Shown: positions 1-10,959 of the stretch, piece after piece | Position numbering within the stretch: the first letter of the stretch is position 1 | Layout: each line of letters opens with the position of its first letter | From: Bdellovibrionia bacterium | GTDB lineage: Bacteria; Bdellovibrionota; UBA1018 | Direction of reading: 5' to 3' | NCBI GenBank assembly: GCA_040399745.1 | Contig: JBBARP010000001.1 | Span: 10,517-74,516 of the forward strand | DNA length: 64,000 bases | Notes under the pieces: generated by a model | Databases searched by the model: none | Told to the model about the DNA's origin: nothing | The model's input: the letters and a program-made list of their open reading frames with translations, nothing else | Position numbers and translations under genes: made by a program

Positions 1-2
1 AG

Positions 3-614
3 CTTCTTTCCTTTAACGCCTCTGTTGAAGCAGCACGCGCCGGTGAGCACGGCAAAGGTTTTGCTGTGGTGGCCGAAGAAGTGGGCAACTTGGCCCAGCT
101 TTCGGGTAACGCTGCAAAAGAGATTTCTGGAATGCTGGACGCAAGCACCCAGCGGGTTGAGCGCATTGTGAAGGATACCCAGTCGCGAATCGAACACGTG
201 GTGGCGACCGGAAGAAGTCAGGTTCAATCGGGAACCCAGACCGCGCGTCGTTGCGACGAGGTGCTGGATCTGATCTTGAAATCCGCTGAAGACATGGCGC
301 GAATGGTTTCTGAGATTTCGGTGGCAAGCCAAGAGCAGGCAACCGGCGTGAAAGAAATCCATAAAGCCATGAGCCAAGTGGACGAAGTCACTCAGCGCAC
401 CAGCACGGCCGCATCTGATAGCGCTGAAAGCGCCACTCACTTGAGCCGTGAAGCCGAGACGCTTTTGGCCCTCGTGGGTTCGATGAACCGCACGATCAAA
501 GGCGGAACACGCCCAGCCGCAGGTTCTCCCTTTGCTCCGGGCTTAGGAGTGCCTCACGCTACGCGCGCTGAGACTTCGCCTCAAGACGAAGCACGTCCCA
601 GCGCTGCAGCTTAA
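3..614 (+). CDS. Methyl-accepting chemotaxis protein, C-terminal signalling domain (5'-truncated by window edge)
   Basis: Frame is open from position 3: [27 protein letters not shown] hairpin-tip motif. Confidence 0.93.
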   Translation, partial: LLSFNASVEAARAGEHGKGFAVVAEEVGNLAQLSGNAAKEISGMLDASTQRVERIVKDTQSRIEHVVATGRSQVQSGTQTARRCDEVLDLILKSAEDMARMVSEISVASQEQATGVKEIHKAMSQVDEVTQRTSTAASDSAESATHLSREAETLLALVGSMNRTIKGGTRPAAGSPFAPGLGVPHATRAETSPQDEARPSAAA

Positions 615-624
615 GTGCAGTGCT

Positions 625-3018
625 TCACCCCACTACGAAGTTCATGATCTTGTTCGGGACGAAGATCACTTTCTTCACCGTCTTGCCGGCCATTTGGCTT
701 TGAACAGGTCCGAGTGCCAGGGCTAGTTTTTCCACGGTGGCTTGATCCGCGCCGGGCTCGACTTCGACGGTACCGCGGGTTTTCCCCAGCACCTGGATGG
801 CAATCGTGATTTGGTCGTCTTTGGCAAGATTCGGGTCAAAGCTCGGCCAAGGCGAATGCTGAAGGTTCTTTTGTCCCAGAATTTCCCACAGCTCTTCAGC
901 CAAGTGCGGCGCAAACGGATGCAGGCACTGAACAAAAGGCAGCATGCACTCGCGCGGGCGACGCCCTTGCTTGGTGAAGTGGTTCACAAAAACCATCATC
1001 GTGCTGATCGCGGTATTGAAGCGAAGGCCCACGATGTCTTCAGTCACTTTCTTGATGGTCTTGTGGGTGATCTTTTGGTCTTCGTCAGTCGCCTGGGCCT
1101 CTGGTTGCTCGGTGACCAAACGGAAGGCGCGCTGGGCAAAGCGGAACACCCCTTCAATGGCTTTCGTGTCCCAAGGCTTATCGCGCTCCAGCGGCCCCAT
1201 GAACATTTCATAGAGGCGAAGCGTGTCGGCGCCGTACTCTTTCACCACGTCGTCGGGGTTAATGACGTTACCCCGGGACTTCGACATTTTTTCGCCGTCC
1301 TCACCTTGGATCATTCCTTGGTGAACGAGCTTTTGGAAAGGCTCGTCGTGGGTGACTAGGCCGCAATCAAACAGGACCTTGGTCCAGAAGCGCGCGTAGA
1401 GCAGGTGCCCGACGGCGTGTTCCGGGCCACCCAAGTAAAGGTCCACCGGCATCCAGTACTTTTCAGCTTCCGGTGAAAACGGTGCGCCCGCGTTGCGCGG
1501 ATCAATGTAGCGAAGGAAATACCAGCTTGAGCCGGCCGATCCGGGCATCGTGTCGGTTTCGCGGCGCAGTTTTTCGCCCTTCCCACCCGTCTGGTTCACC
1601 CAGTCGGTGATGGCGCCCAAGGGGCTTTCGCCCGTGCCGGTGGGTTCGTAGCTTTTCACGTCCGGCAAAGCGACGGGCAAGGCTTCATATCCGACTGCAA
1701 TCGAAGCTCCCGCTTCGTCGTGCAGAATCGGGAACGGCTCACCCCAGTAACGCTGACGCGAGAACAGCCAATCGCGAAGCTTGTACTGAATGGTGCGCTT
1801 CCCAAAGCCTTTTGCTTCGGCGTGCTCAATGACGGCTGCAATGGCCTTGGCGGTGGGAAGCCCATCGACAAAGCCCGAGTTCATGGCCACGCCATGACCC
1901 GTGAAGCAAGCGTCGGTATTGCCTTCTGGCGCCTTCACGACCAAGCGGATCGGGAGGTCGAACTTTTTGGCAAATTCATGATCGCGCTCATCGTGCGCCG
2001 GAACCGCCATGATGGCGCCCGTGCCGTAGCCCATCATCACGTAGTCAGCGACCCAAATGGGCGCGCGCTCGCCGGTGAAGGGATTCAGAGCGTAAGCGCC
2101 GGTGAAAGCGCCCGTCTTCTCTTTGGACTGATCCTGGCGGGCAATTTCGCTCTTTTGTGATGCTTCGCTTCGGTAAGCGTCCACGGCCGCTTTTTGGGCT
2201 GCGTTTGTGATTTTTTCGACCAGCGGATGCTCGGGCGCAAGTACCAGGTAAGTGGCGCCAAAAATCGTGTCCGGGCGGGTGGTGAAAATCTCGATCTGCT
2301 CTTTTTCGCCTTCAATCACGAATCGGCACTGAAGCCCTTCGCTTCGGCCAATCCAGTTTCTTTGAAGCTCTTTCGTGCTTTCCGGCCAATCTACTTTGTC
2401 TAGGTCCCGAAGCAGCCGCTCGGCGTATTCGGTGATTTTCAGCATCCACTGCTTCATCGGCACGCGGTAGACCGGGTGTCCGCCGCGTTCTGATTTTCCG
2501 TCGACCACTTCTTCGTTGGCCAAAACGGTTTTCAGGGCCGGGCACCAGTTCACAGGGACTTCTTTTCGGTAGGCCAAGCCCTTTTCGAAAAGCTTCAAGA
2601 AGATAAACTGAGTCCACTTGTAATAGTCGGGCGAGCAGGTGGAGATCTCTCGGCTCCAGTCGTAGCTGAAACCGAGCATCTTCAGTTGGCGACGGAAAGT
2701 CTCGATCGCAGAAGAAGTCGTGACGTTCGGATGAACGCCTGTTTTTAGCGCGTATTGCTCTGCCGGAAGTCCGAACGCGTCCCAGCCCATAGGGTGAAGC
2801 ACGTTGAAGCCCTGAGCGCGCTTGAAGCGGGCCAGAATATCGGTGGCCGTGTAGCCTTCGGGGTGACCTACGTGCAGGCCCGAGCTCGACGGGTAGGGGA
2901 ACATGTCCAAGATGTAGTATTTGGGCTTCTTGGAAGTGTGATCTTCCGTGCGGAACGTTTGTTCGCGTTCCCAGAATTCCTGCCATTTGGACTCGATTGT
3001 CTGCGGTTCGTAGGCCAT
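625..3018 (-). CDS. leuS: Leucine--tRNA ligase
   Basis: [20 protein letters not shown] and KMSKS motifs; start moved to ATG 3018 ([13 protein letters not shown]). Confidence 0.97.
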   Translation of the reverse strand: MAYEPQTIESKWQEFWEREQTFRTEDHTSKKPKYYILDMFPYPSSSGLHVGHPEGYTATDILARFKRAQGFNVLHPMGWDAFGLPAEQYALKTGVHPNVTTSSAIETFRRQLKMLGFSYDWSREISTCSPDYYKWTQFIFLKLFEKGLAYRKEVPVNWCPALKTVLANEEVVDGKSERGGHPVYRVPMKQWMLKITEYAERLLRDLDKVDWPESTKELQRNWIGRSEGLQCRFVIEGEKEQIEIFTTRPDTIFGATYLVLAPEHPLVEKITNAAQKAAVDAYRSEASQKSEIARQDQSKEKTGAFTGAYALNPFTGERAPIWVADYVMMGYGTGAIMAVPAHDERDHEFAKKFDLPIRLVVKAPEGNTDACFTGHGVAMNSGFVDGLPTAKAIAAVIEHAEAKGFGKRTIQYKLRDWLFSRQRYWGEPFPILHDEAGASIAVGYEALPVALPDVKSYEPTGTGESPLGAITDWVNQTGGKGEKLRRETDTMPGSAGSSWYFLRYIDPRNAGAPFSPEAEKYWMPVDLYLGGPEHAVGHLLYARFWTKVLFDCGLVTHDEPFQKLVHQGMIQGEDGEKMSKSRGNVINPDDVVKEYGADTLRLYEMFMGPLERDKPWDTKAIEGVFRFAQRAFRLVTEQPEAQATDEDQKITHKTIKKVTEDIVGLRFNTAISTMMVFVNHFTKQGRRPRECMLPFVQCLHPFAPHLAEELWEILGQKNLQHSPWPSFDPNLAKDDQITIAIQVLGKTRGTVEVEPGADQATVEKLALALGPVQSQMAGKTVKKVIFVPNKIMNFVVG

Positions 3019-3079
3019 GTCAGTGCCTATAGCAAAGGCTTCCCAAGGAGACGAGGCCTGGATTAAGGTCCGGGTGCGC

Positions 3080-3568
3080 ATGAATTCAGAAAAATCAGGC
3101 CCATCGACGGTCGCTCTCCAAGTTCAGTACGCCCCGCACAGCACTTGCTTTGGGTGCGGTCCGGCAAATCCCCAGGGGCTTCACGTTCAGAGCGTGCCTC
3201 AGGCCTCGGGCGAAGTGACGGCTTCGTTTCAGCCCATGCCTCACCACGAAGCGTTCCCTGGAATGCTGAACGGGGGAATCATCGGCGCGATTCTCGATTG
3301 CCACTGCAACTGGACGGCGGCTTACCACTTGATGAAGCAGTCGGGCGCCGATCATCCGCCCTGCACCGTCACGGCCGAATACACCATTCAGCTGAAGCGC
3401 CCGACGCCGACGAACGCGCCCGTCCTGCTATCGGCCCGAGTGGTCGATTCGAAAGACGACCGCGCCACCATCGAGGCAACCCTAACGGCCGGCGGAAAAG
3501 TGACTGCCACTTGCCGAGGTGTGTTTGTGGCCGTGAAACCCGGCCACCCGGCCTACCATCGCTGGTAG
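3080..3568 (+). CDS. PaaI/hotdog-fold thioesterase family protein
   Basis: [29 protein letters not shown] and C-terminal HPAYHRW motifs. Confidence 0.85.
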   Translation: MNSEKSGPSTVALQVQYAPHSTCFGCGPANPQGLHVQSVPQASGEVTASFQPMPHHEAFPGMLNGGIIGAILDCHCNWTAAYHLMKQSGADHPPCTVTAEYTIQLKRPTPTNAPVLLSARVVDSKDDRATIEATLTAGGKVTATCRGVFVAVKPGHPAYHRW

Positions 3569-3578
3569 ACTGAAAAGC

Positions 3579-4634
3579 GTGCCTAAATACCGCCGCGGCG
3601 AGGACGGTTTCCTCGACGATCAGAAGCATCGAAAGCAAGTGTCGCGAAAAGGGGCGAAGCGCTCGGTCGAGACGCGTGCTCGTTTCCTTTCGGCTGAAGA
3701 ATCAAACGCCACCGTGGCCGAAGTGTTTCCCAATCAATGTCGCATTCGCTGGGATGAAGCGCATCTCGCCCCGGGCGCCCCACGCGAGGTCCTAGCCGCT
3801 TACCGGCGCGCTACGGTGCTTCGCAAAGGCGAGGCGCTTCGCGAGCGCGCCCCGGTGGCCGTGGGCGACCGGGTGAAAGCCGAGCGCGTGGGCGACACCG
3901 CGATTGTGGCAGGACTATGTGAGCGCCGAAACCGCCTGCTTCGCCCGGCACCCGAGCGCGAGGCGGTGGTGCACGTGATTGTGGCCAATGTGGACCGCCT
4001 GGCCATTGTCGATTCAGCTATGCAGCCGGATTTTTCACCGGGCCTAGTCGACCGTATTTTGGTGGCAGCGGCCGCGCAGGGAATTGATCCCCTGATTGTG
4101 GTCAATAAGATGGACCTTTGGCAGGGCAAGGACGAGCCTGCGCCTTGGCAAATGTACCGGGACCTGGGCTTTGAAGTGGTCGAAGTCTGCGCCAAAGAGG
4201 GTCGCCCCGGGTTTTCGGCGCTCTCGACCCTTCAGGAAAAGCTTCAAGGCCTTTGCGTGGCGTTTTGCGGCCACTCGGGGGTGGGTAAAACGAGCTTATT
4301 GAACACTTTGACCGGCGGTCAGGTGGGTGAAGAAGGCACGGTCAGCGATGTGACCGGAAAGGGCCGACACACCACCAGTTCTGCCGTTTTGCTCGATGGT
4401 CCGGGAGAAGGGACCCTTTGGATCGATACCCCGGGGGTCCGCGAATTCGGTCTTTCGGATGTCGATCCCGATCGCCTGCATGAATTTTTCCCGGAATTTT
4501 CACAACCCCAGAAGTTGGGCTGCGTTCAGGCAGATTGCCGACATTCCGAAGAAGAAGGCTGCGGAGCCCACGGGCTAGCCCGTTACGGGAGTTATCGTCG
4601 CATCCGGGATTCCTTGCTGAGCGGCGAAGGCTGA
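3579..4634 (+). CDS. rsgA: Ribosome small subunit-dependent GTPase A
   Basis: Circularly permuted GTPase motifs NKMD, GHSGVGKTS, GRHTT, DTPG; C-terminal CxxxxCxHxxExGC zinc site. Confidence 0.95.
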   Translation: MPKYRRGEDGFLDDQKHRKQVSRKGAKRSVETRARFLSAEESNATVAEVFPNQCRIRWDEAHLAPGAPREVLAAYRRATVLRKGEALRERAPVAVGDRVKAERVGDTAIVAGLCERRNRLLRPAPEREAVVHVIVANVDRLAIVDSAMQPDFSPGLVDRILVAAAAQGIDPLIVVNKMDLWQGKDEPAPWQMYRDLGFEVVEVCAKEGRPGFSALSTLQEKLQGLCVAFCGHSGVGKTSLLNTLTGGQVGEEGTVSDVTGKGRHTTSSAVLLDGPGEGTLWIDTPGVREFGLSDVDPDRLHEFFPEFSQPQKLGCVQADCRHSEEEGCGAHGLARYGSYRRIRDSLLSGEG

Positions 4635-4652
4635 AGCATAAGAGAACACGCG

Positions 4653-5909
4653 ATGTTGAAAAAAAATCCGGCTTCTCCTCCGAAATTGGCGGCCTTCGAG
4701 GCCCTCTGGAAGGAGCTCTTTAGTTCCCCCATTCATTTAGACTCGGCCCTGAGCAAAGCTTCGCGCCTTCATAAAAGCGCGCTGGCTCAGGCGGTTCCTC
4801 CTATTTTGCTTCGTCCCACCAGTCTTGCCGAGGCAGCCGGTGTGGGCGTGGCTCCGGGCGAGCCCTGGACCCTGGCTCCTGAAGCACTCCAAGATTGGGC
4901 GCCGGCGCGAAGCATGGCTGCGCGCATTTTAGACGGTGCGCTCGAACCCAGACGCGTTCCGCGCTCGAGCCTCAGCGATTTTCCGGTTCCGATGATCGAG
5001 GATTGGACGCGCGACTGGGGTCCGAAAGTAGCAGAAGTCCTGGCTGAGAACTTGGGTGTTGAGCCCCCGCTTTCCGTCCGCGTGAAGCAGGAAGTGGGCG
5101 CGGAGGCTTTGAAAAAAGACTGGAGCCCGCAGCTCCCGGTGAAAGTGAGCGTCTCGGACCTTTCGCCCGTGGGCGTTCGCTTGGCCAGTTACGCTCCGAT
5201 TTTGAATTCCGAAGCTTCCGAGCGTGGGGATTTTGAAATCCAGGACGAAGGCTCGCAAGTGATGGCGGTTTTTGCGCTCTGGCCTGAAAAAGTGGCGCAC
5301 CTTCTGAGCCCCGTGCCGGGCCCAGTGAAGTCTGCTGGTAAAGCAGTGCAGCTTCCCGAATCCGCACCGGCTTGGACGGTGGTGGATACTTGCGCAGGAG
5401 CCGGCGGAAAAACTTTGGCCTTGGCTGACTTGTTGTCAGGCAAAGGCCGCGTCTACGCTTACGATACCTCTCCGAGAAAGCTTCAGGCGCTGAGGCGTCG
5501 TGGCAAGCGCGCCGGTGTGAACAACATTCAGGCCGTGGCTTTGACCGAAGGGAAAGAATCCGAAACCGTGAAACGTTTCCGCCGCAGGGCTCAGGCCGTT
5601 TTGGTCGACGCTCCTTGTTCCGGTTGGGGTGTTCTTCGTCGGAATCCTGACATCAAGTGGCGCCAGGATCCCGAGACGTTGACCCGGATGCCTGAAATTC
5701 AAAAGCGGCTGCTCGCTCTTTATTCCGATCTGGTCGCTCCCGGTGGGCTTCTGACTTTTGGTGTGTGCACGTTCCGCCGCGCCGAGACGATCGATATCGT
5801 GGAAGCTTTTCTGAAAGAGCGTCCTGACTTTGAAAAAGGTCCGGGTGGATTCTTAGGTCCTTCGCCTTGCGATGGATTCTTCATGCAGTCGTTCCGAAGG
5901 AAGGCATGA
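4653..5909 (+). CDS. RsmB/NOP2-family RNA cytosine-C5 methyltransferase
   Basis: QDEGSQ, DTCAGAGGKT, LVDAPCSGWG and RRNPDIKW motifs. Confidence 0.9.
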   Translation: MLKKNPASPPKLAAFEALWKELFSSPIHLDSALSKASRLHKSALAQAVPPILLRPTSLAEAAGVGVAPGEPWTLAPEALQDWAPARSMAARILDGALEPRRVPRSSLSDFPVPMIEDWTRDWGPKVAEVLAENLGVEPPLSVRVKQEVGAEALKKDWSPQLPVKVSVSDLSPVGVRLASYAPILNSEASERGDFEIQDEGSQVMAVFALWPEKVAHLLSPVPGPVKSAGKAVQLPESAPAWTVVDTCAGAGGKTLALADLLSGKGRVYAYDTSPRKLQALRRRGKRAGVNNIQAVALTEGKESETVKRFRRRAQAVLVDAPCSGWGVLRRNPDIKWRQDPETLTRMPEIQKRLLALYSDLVAPGGLLTFGVCTFRRAETIDIVEAFLKERPDFEKGPGGFLGPSPCDGFFMQSFRRKA

Positions 5910-6910
5910 GCGGGAGTGGCGACCGTGAGCCGGCGCATCGGCTGGCAGTCGAAGGGCTCAAAAGATTGGCTCAAGCCGGGTTCGCGGGGCGCTTTGCGCT
6001 GAGGGCAATTTCCGGTGGTTCGCCCAGTCGTCCTGTCTCGGTTCTTGGGATGGAGTTTTCTTCCCGAGTCGGGCTTGCGGCAGGTTTCGATAAGGATGCG
6101 GAATTAGTCACAGCGTTACCCGAGCTTGGTTTTGGTTTTGCCGAGATTGGTACCGTCACGCCGCGCCCGCAGGCAGGAAATCCTCGGCCCAGGTTGTTTC
6201 GATCCCTACCCGAGCAGGCTCTCTTTAACCGCATGGGCTTTAATAACGGGGGAGCGCAAGCGGCGGCAGACCGTTTGGCCAAGGCCAGAAACTCAGGCCG
6301 GGTTCCTGACACCTTCCGCGTGGGCGTGAACGTGGGGAAGAACAAGGACACTTCTGCCGAGCAGGCGCATGAAGACTATGTCGCAGCCCTAAAACCTTTC
6401 CGTGGGCTTGCCGATTACGCGGTGATCAACGTCAGTTCTCCCAATACGCCGGGCCTTCGTGCTTTGCAGACGGTCGAGGCGCTGAAGCCCATTGTCCAAA
6501 GCGTTCTTTCGGAAGTTGCAGGCTGGGAAAAAGCTCCGCCCGTTCTTCTGAAGCTTGCACCTGAAGTGCAAGGCCAGGCGCTTCACGAGTTGGTTCATTC
6601 GGTCGAAGCCTGGGGGATTGCCGGTTGGGTGCTGACCAACACGCAAGCAGGCGAGTGGCAGGTGGGAAGCGAGCGCTTACCGGGGGGTTGGAGTGGTTTG
6701 CCCGTTCACGATGCATCCGTTGCGAGCTTAAAAGCAGTTCGAAGCATTTCTCAGCGCCCCATCATCTCGGTCGGAGGCATCCTGGAAGTGAAGGATGCGG
6801 CTGAGCGCATCGAACTGGGGGCGGATTTGATCCAAATTTACTCGGGATGGGTGCTTCGAGGCCCCCGATTCCCTGGAAAGTTGGTTCGCGGGCTGCCTTC
6901 AAGCCCCTGA
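5906..6910 (+). CDS. pyrD: Quinone-dependent dihydroorotate dehydrogenase
   Basis: [33 protein letters not shown] and [11 protein letters not shown] motifs; ATG overlaps the upstream stop (ATGA). Confidence 0.95.
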   Translation: MSGSGDREPAHRLAVEGLKRLAQAGFAGRFALRAISGGSPSRPVSVLGMEFSSRVGLAAGFDKDAELVTALPELGFGFAEIGTVTPRPQAGNPRPRLFRSLPEQALFNRMGFNNGGAQAAADRLAKARNSGRVPDTFRVGVNVGKNKDTSAEQAHEDYVAALKPFRGLADYAVINVSSPNTPGLRALQTVEALKPIVQSVLSEVAGWEKAPPVLLKLAPEVQGQALHELVHSVEAWGIAGWVLTNTQAGEWQVGSERLPGGWSGLPVHDASVASLKAVRSISQRPIISVGGILEVKDAAERIELGADLIQIYSGWVLRGPRFPGKLVRGLPSSP

Positions 6911-6916
6911 AAAAGC

Positions 6917-6947
6917 AAAAGCCCCGGGCCGAGGCCCAGGGCTTTTT
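6917..6947. terminator. Bidirectional intrinsic terminator between pyrD and the Lys-rich microprotein gene
   Basis: AAAAGCCC-C-GGGCC-GA-GGCCC-A-GGGCTTTTT hairpin with A-tract and T-tract, between convergent genes. Confidence 0.8.
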
Positions 6948-6970
6948 CACAACAAAAGAAGAAAGAAGAA

Positions 6971-7045
6971 TTACTTCTTCTTGGCTTTTTTAGCGGCTTT
7001 CTTCTTGGTGGTCTTCTTCTTGGTGGCTTTTTTCTTGGTCGCCAT
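6971..7045 (-). CDS. 24-aa lysine-rich microprotein MATKKKATKKKTTKKKAAKKAKKK (histone H1-tail-like); not in ORF track
   Basis: Manual translation; SD GGAGG upstream (ACGGAGGAAACAAAAATG), TAA stop, downstream terminator. Confidence 0.8.
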   Translation of the reverse strand: MATKKKATKKKTTKKKAAKKAKKK

Positions 7046-7098
7046 TTTTGTTTCCTCCGTTGAGCTGTGACCTCGAGTGGTCACTGCTTGATAACTCG

Positions 7099-7126
7099 AT
7101 GTTACATCCAATTTCGTTCAGATCAA
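7099..7126 (-). promoter_or_regulatory. Candidate sigma70 promoter for the microprotein gene
   Basis: TTGATC-N16-TAACAT on the minus strand. Confidence 0.45.
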
Positions 7127-7217
7127 GAAAATGTGTCGAAATTTTCGACACTCTTTCATCGATTCATGAGTGCACGTCGCCTTGCGTGGTGACCAACGTT
7201 GAGCAATAAGGAATTCG

Positions 7218-9521
7218 ATGAACACGAAAAATTCCGGAACGCCGCCACTAGAGCCGCGAGAGCGACGCAAGCGTCGTCGCGAGCTGACGTTCATCGGAGT
7301 TCTCACCACTCTGTTCGTACTTCTCTCGGTGGCAGAAATTCGTCTCAGCACCCTGTCGACCACCCTGCCTTTCGTGAACTCGATCTTCTTTTTCGGGCTG
7401 CTGAACATCAATCTCATCATTTTGGTCGGGGTGGTTTGGCTCGTTTTTCGAAATGTGGGGAAGGTTTTCCTCGAAAGAAGGCGCCGCGTTCTGGGTTCGG
7501 CGCTGAAATCGAAGCTCGTCGTCGCGTTCTTGGGCTTCTCGGTCATCCCGACGCTCATCTTGTTCGCCATTTCGGCGGCCTACATCAACTCGAGCTTCGA
7601 TAAATGGTTCTCGATCAAGGTTCAGAACACACTTCAAGCCTCTCTGGACATCACGCGCGCCTATTATCGAAGCACCGATCAGTCGGCGATGCACTTTGCC
7701 GAGCAGTTGGCAGCCAGTACGCGTCGCTTGTTGGCAAGTGGAGTGCGCCCCGCAGCGCTCGCGCATCATCTGGAAGAGCAGCGCGCCCTATTGGCGCTCG
7801 ATGCAGTGGAGTACTACCCCGATCTTCTCGATGAACGGTTGCTGGTGAGTCGAACCGGCACCGAGGGGGATCCGGTTCATTATCCCAGGCTGAGCTTGGA
7901 TCTCTTGCGGCGCGCCCAGGGCGGCGAGCGCGTCTCGGTGGTCGAGCACGTCGGGAGTGGCGATTTGATTCGTTGCTTGGTGCCGGTGGCTCGCGGGGTT
8001 CGCCCGGGAGTGGGCCTGCTGGTCGTCAATGCGTACATTCCGGTCAGCCTCGTGAACAAAGTGGACGAGGTGGCCAGCGTTTTTGACGATTATAAAGACG
8101 TCAACCCGCTGAAGTACCCCATGAAGACCATGTACCTCGTCATTCTGGTCATGATCACCTTGGTGGTGCTCTTTGTTGCCATCTGGTTTGGCCTGTACCT
8201 AGCGCGCCAGCTCACCGAGCCGATTCAAAAGTTGGTGATCGGCGCCGAAGAGGTGGGTCGCGGGAACTTGGATGTGACGATTCCGGGTTCGGGGCAGGAC
8301 GAAATTCGGGTGCTCGTGGATTCCTTCAACCGAATGACCCACGACCTTCGAGATAATCGCGAGCGCCTGCAACAGACTTCGGCAGATCTAGAGAAGCGGC
8401 GCCTTCAACTCGAAGCCGTTCTTGCGAACGTTGGAACGGGCGTCATCGTGGTGGATCGGCAGGGTCAGATTACGGTTTATAACCGCGCGGTCTCGGGTCT
8501 GCTTCAAGCGCAGCCGGCGCAAATGTTAGGCAGAAGTTACCGAGACGCGCTGGTGGGCCCCGCGGAACCTTTAGTCGCAGTCATCGACGAAGTGCTCTCG
8601 ACGCAACTTCCAGCCTCTGCCGAGCGATTGCCCGAGGTGGTGCACTGGAATCGCCATGGCACTGAAGGCGAAAACCGAGCACTCACGGCTGTGGTCACTC
8701 CCCTTCGGGACGTCGGCGGCGAGCTGCCGTGGGGTGCGGTCGTGGTGATCGACGACATGACGGCATTGATCAAAGCCCAGCGCGAGACCGCATGGCGGGA
8801 AGTGGCCCGGAGGATTGCGCACGAGATTAAAAACCCCCTGACACCGATCAAACTCTCGGCTCAGCGCCTGCAAAGGCGGCTGTCTGACATTCAGGGGCGC
8901 GACGGCGAATTGCTTCGCGAGTGCACCGACACCATTGTTCGGCATACGGACGAGTTGAAAGAGATGGTCAACGAGTTCTCCGCCTTTGCCCGTTTTCCGG
9001 AAGTGTCGCCTGCTCCGAGCGACCTGAACGAAGCAGCCCGAGAAGTGGTGCGCCTTTACGAGACGGCTCATCCTTCCATTCAGTTTGAGCTGAAGCTCGA
9101 ACCCAAAATGCCGATTTTTGAGTTTGATCGCGATCAAATCAAGCGCGTGCTGATTAACCTTTTAGACAATGCCGTGACGGTCCTGTCCCAGGTACCGCGA
9201 GGTGCCCTGCGGCGGGTGACTTTAGAGAGTCATCATAATTTAGACCTGCAAATGGCTGTCTTGACCGTTCAGGACACAGGGCCTGGGATCAGTGATGAAG
9301 TTCGCAGCCGGGTCTTTGAACCTTATTTTTCGACCCGAAAAGAGGGCACGGGCCTAGGGCTCGCCATCTGTAAGCGCATCGTGAACGATCATGATGGCTT
9401 CATTCGCGTGTCGTCAGCGCCCGGCCAAGGAACCCAGTTTTCCATTGAGCTTCCTACGTCGATCCGACATGGTTTGGCGGAGGCGGGCTCACTTTCCTCT
9501 GAACTTCCGGAGAAGCCTTAG
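7218..9521 (+). CDS. NtrY-like membrane sensor histidine kinase (HAMP, PAS, HisKA, HATPase)
   Basis: AWREVARRIAHEIKNPLTPIKLSAQRL H-box typical of NtrY; N, G1 and G2 boxes; N-terminal TM helices. Confidence 0.92.
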   Translation: MNTKNSGTPPLEPRERRKRRRELTFIGVLTTLFVLLSVAEIRLSTLSTTLPFVNSIFFFGLLNINLIILVGVVWLVFRNVGKVFLERRRRVLGSALKSKLVVAFLGFSVIPTLILFAISAAYINSSFDKWFSIKVQNTLQASLDITRAYYRSTDQSAMHFAEQLAASTRRLLASGVRPAALAHHLEEQRALLALDAVEYYPDLLDERLLVSRTGTEGDPVHYPRLSLDLLRRAQGGERVSVVEHVGSGDLIRCLVPVARGVRPGVGLLVVNAYIPVSLVNKVDEVASVFDDYKDVNPLKYPMKTMYLVILVMITLVVLFVAIWFGLYLARQLTEPIQKLVIGAEEVGRGNLDVTIPGSGQDEIRVLVDSFNRMTHDLRDNRERLQQTSADLEKRRLQLEAVLANVGTGVIVVDRQGQITVYNRAVSGLLQAQPAQMLGRSYRDALVGPAEPLVAVIDEVLSTQLPASAERLPEVVHWNRHGTEGENRALTAVVTPLRDVGGELPWGAVVVIDDMTALIKAQRETAWREVARRIAHEIKNPLTPIKLSAQRLQRRLSDIQGRDGELLRECTDTIVRHTDELKEMVNEFSAFARFPEVSPAPSDLNEAAREVVRLYETAHPSIQFELKLEPKMPIFEFDRDQIKRVLINLLDNAVTVLSQVPRGALRRVTLESHHNLDLQMAVLTVQDTGPGISDEVRSRVFEPYFSTRKEGTGLGLAICKRIVNDHDGFIRVSSAPGQGTQFSIELPTSIRHGLAEAGSLSSELPEKP

Positions 9522-9530
9522 GTCCTTTTT

Positions 9531-10928
9531 ATGGCACGAACCATTCTGGTCATTGATGATGAACCTTCGATCCGTCAGGCGCTCTCCGGTGTGCTGACCG
9601 ACGAGGGGCACCGCGTGCGCTGCGCGGGCTCGGGCCTAGAGGGCATCGAGGCGCTTCGTACCGAGCGCCCGGATGCCGTTTTCCTCGATATTTGGATGCC
9701 CGGTCAGGACGGCTTAGAGACGCTTCGGCAGATCAAAACCGAATGGCCCGACATGGCTGTCATTATGATGTCAGGTCACGGGACCATCGAAACCGCCGTT
9801 AAGGCCGTGAAATTCGGAGCTTTTGATTTCGTCGAAAAGCCTCTTTCGCTCGAGCGCGTGTTGGTTCTTCTTCAGAACGCGCTGATCGCCCAAGATTTGT
9901 CGCGCGAAAACTCGGCTCTTCGCAAGCAGGTGCAAAAGCACAAGCTTCTGGTGGGACAGAGCGCACCCATGCGCCAAATCCAAGACTTGATTCGGCGAGT
10001 GGCCCCGACGACCGGCTCGGTTCTGATCACGGGCGAAAACGGAACCGGCAAAGAGCTGGTCGCCAATTCCATTCACGCCCTGTCGCCCAGGTTCAATAAG
10101 CCTTTCATCGAAGTGAACTGCGCTGCGATCCCTGAAGAACTCATTGAGAGCGAGCTTTTTGGCCACGAGCGCGGGGCTTTTACGGGCGCCACGAGCCTTC
10201 GCCGCGGTAAGTTCGATCTGGCCAACGGCGGAACGCTTTTATTGGACGAAATCGGCGATATGTCGCTTAAAACCCAGGCAAAAGTGCTGCGCATTCTGCA
10301 AGAGCAGAAGTTTGAACGGGTGGGGGGAACGCAGACCCTTTCGGTCGATGTTCGCATCGTGGCGGCGACCAATAAGGATTTGAAAGCGGAGATCGCTAAA
10401 GGCGCATTCCGGGAGGATTTATTCTACCGTTTGAATGTCATTCCCTTCGTGGTTCCGCCTCTTCGGGACCGTAAAGAGGACATTCCGGCGCTGACCGACC
10501 ACTTCCTACGCGAATTTTCGCAGGCTCACGGAAAAGTCATGAGGCCTTTGACGCCCGAAGCGCGCGCGGTTTTAGACGCCTATCCTTGGCCTGGAAACGT
10601 TCGGGAGCTCAGAAACCTGATCGAACGCTTAGTGATTTTGGATGGCGAAGCCGATACCGAGCGTCCGCTCACGGCAGCCGATCTTTTGGCGCATTTGGGC
10701 GAGGTTCCCGTCGCCCAGGCTCAATCCTTTGACCGAGTCGACCCGGCTTGGGTGGGACGAAGCCTTCGAGATGCGCGCTCGGACTTTGAGCGTGAGTTCA
10801 TTCTGAAGACCCTACGCGAGCATGATTGGAACATCTCGAAAACCGCCTCAGTCTTGGGTGTCGAGCGAAGCCATTTGCACCGGAAAATCAGAACCATGGG
10901 CATCGAGGCACCTGAAGGGCGCGATTGA
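9531..10928 (+). CDS. NtrX-like sigma54-dependent response regulator
   Basis: REC domain (FLDIWMP), GENGTGKE, intact GAFTGA, C-terminal Fis-type HTH. Confidence 0.93.
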   Translation: MARTILVIDDEPSIRQALSGVLTDEGHRVRCAGSGLEGIEALRTERPDAVFLDIWMPGQDGLETLRQIKTEWPDMAVIMMSGHGTIETAVKAVKFGAFDFVEKPLSLERVLVLLQNALIAQDLSRENSALRKQVQKHKLLVGQSAPMRQIQDLIRRVAPTTGSVLITGENGTGKELVANSIHALSPRFNKPFIEVNCAAIPEELIESELFGHERGAFTGATSLRRGKFDLANGGTLLLDEIGDMSLKTQAKVLRILQEQKFERVGGTQTLSVDVRIVAATNKDLKAEIAKGAFREDLFYRLNVIPFVVPPLRDRKEDIPALTDHFLREFSQAHGKVMRPLTPEARAVLDAYPWPGNVRELRNLIERLVILDGEADTERPLTAADLLAHLGEVPVAQAQSFDRVDPAWVGRSLRDARSDFEREFILKTLREHDWNISKTASVLGVERSHLHRKIRTMGIEAPEGRD

Positions 10929-10959
10929 TAACTTCTCCGGGGTGGAATAGGTTCCGCCC

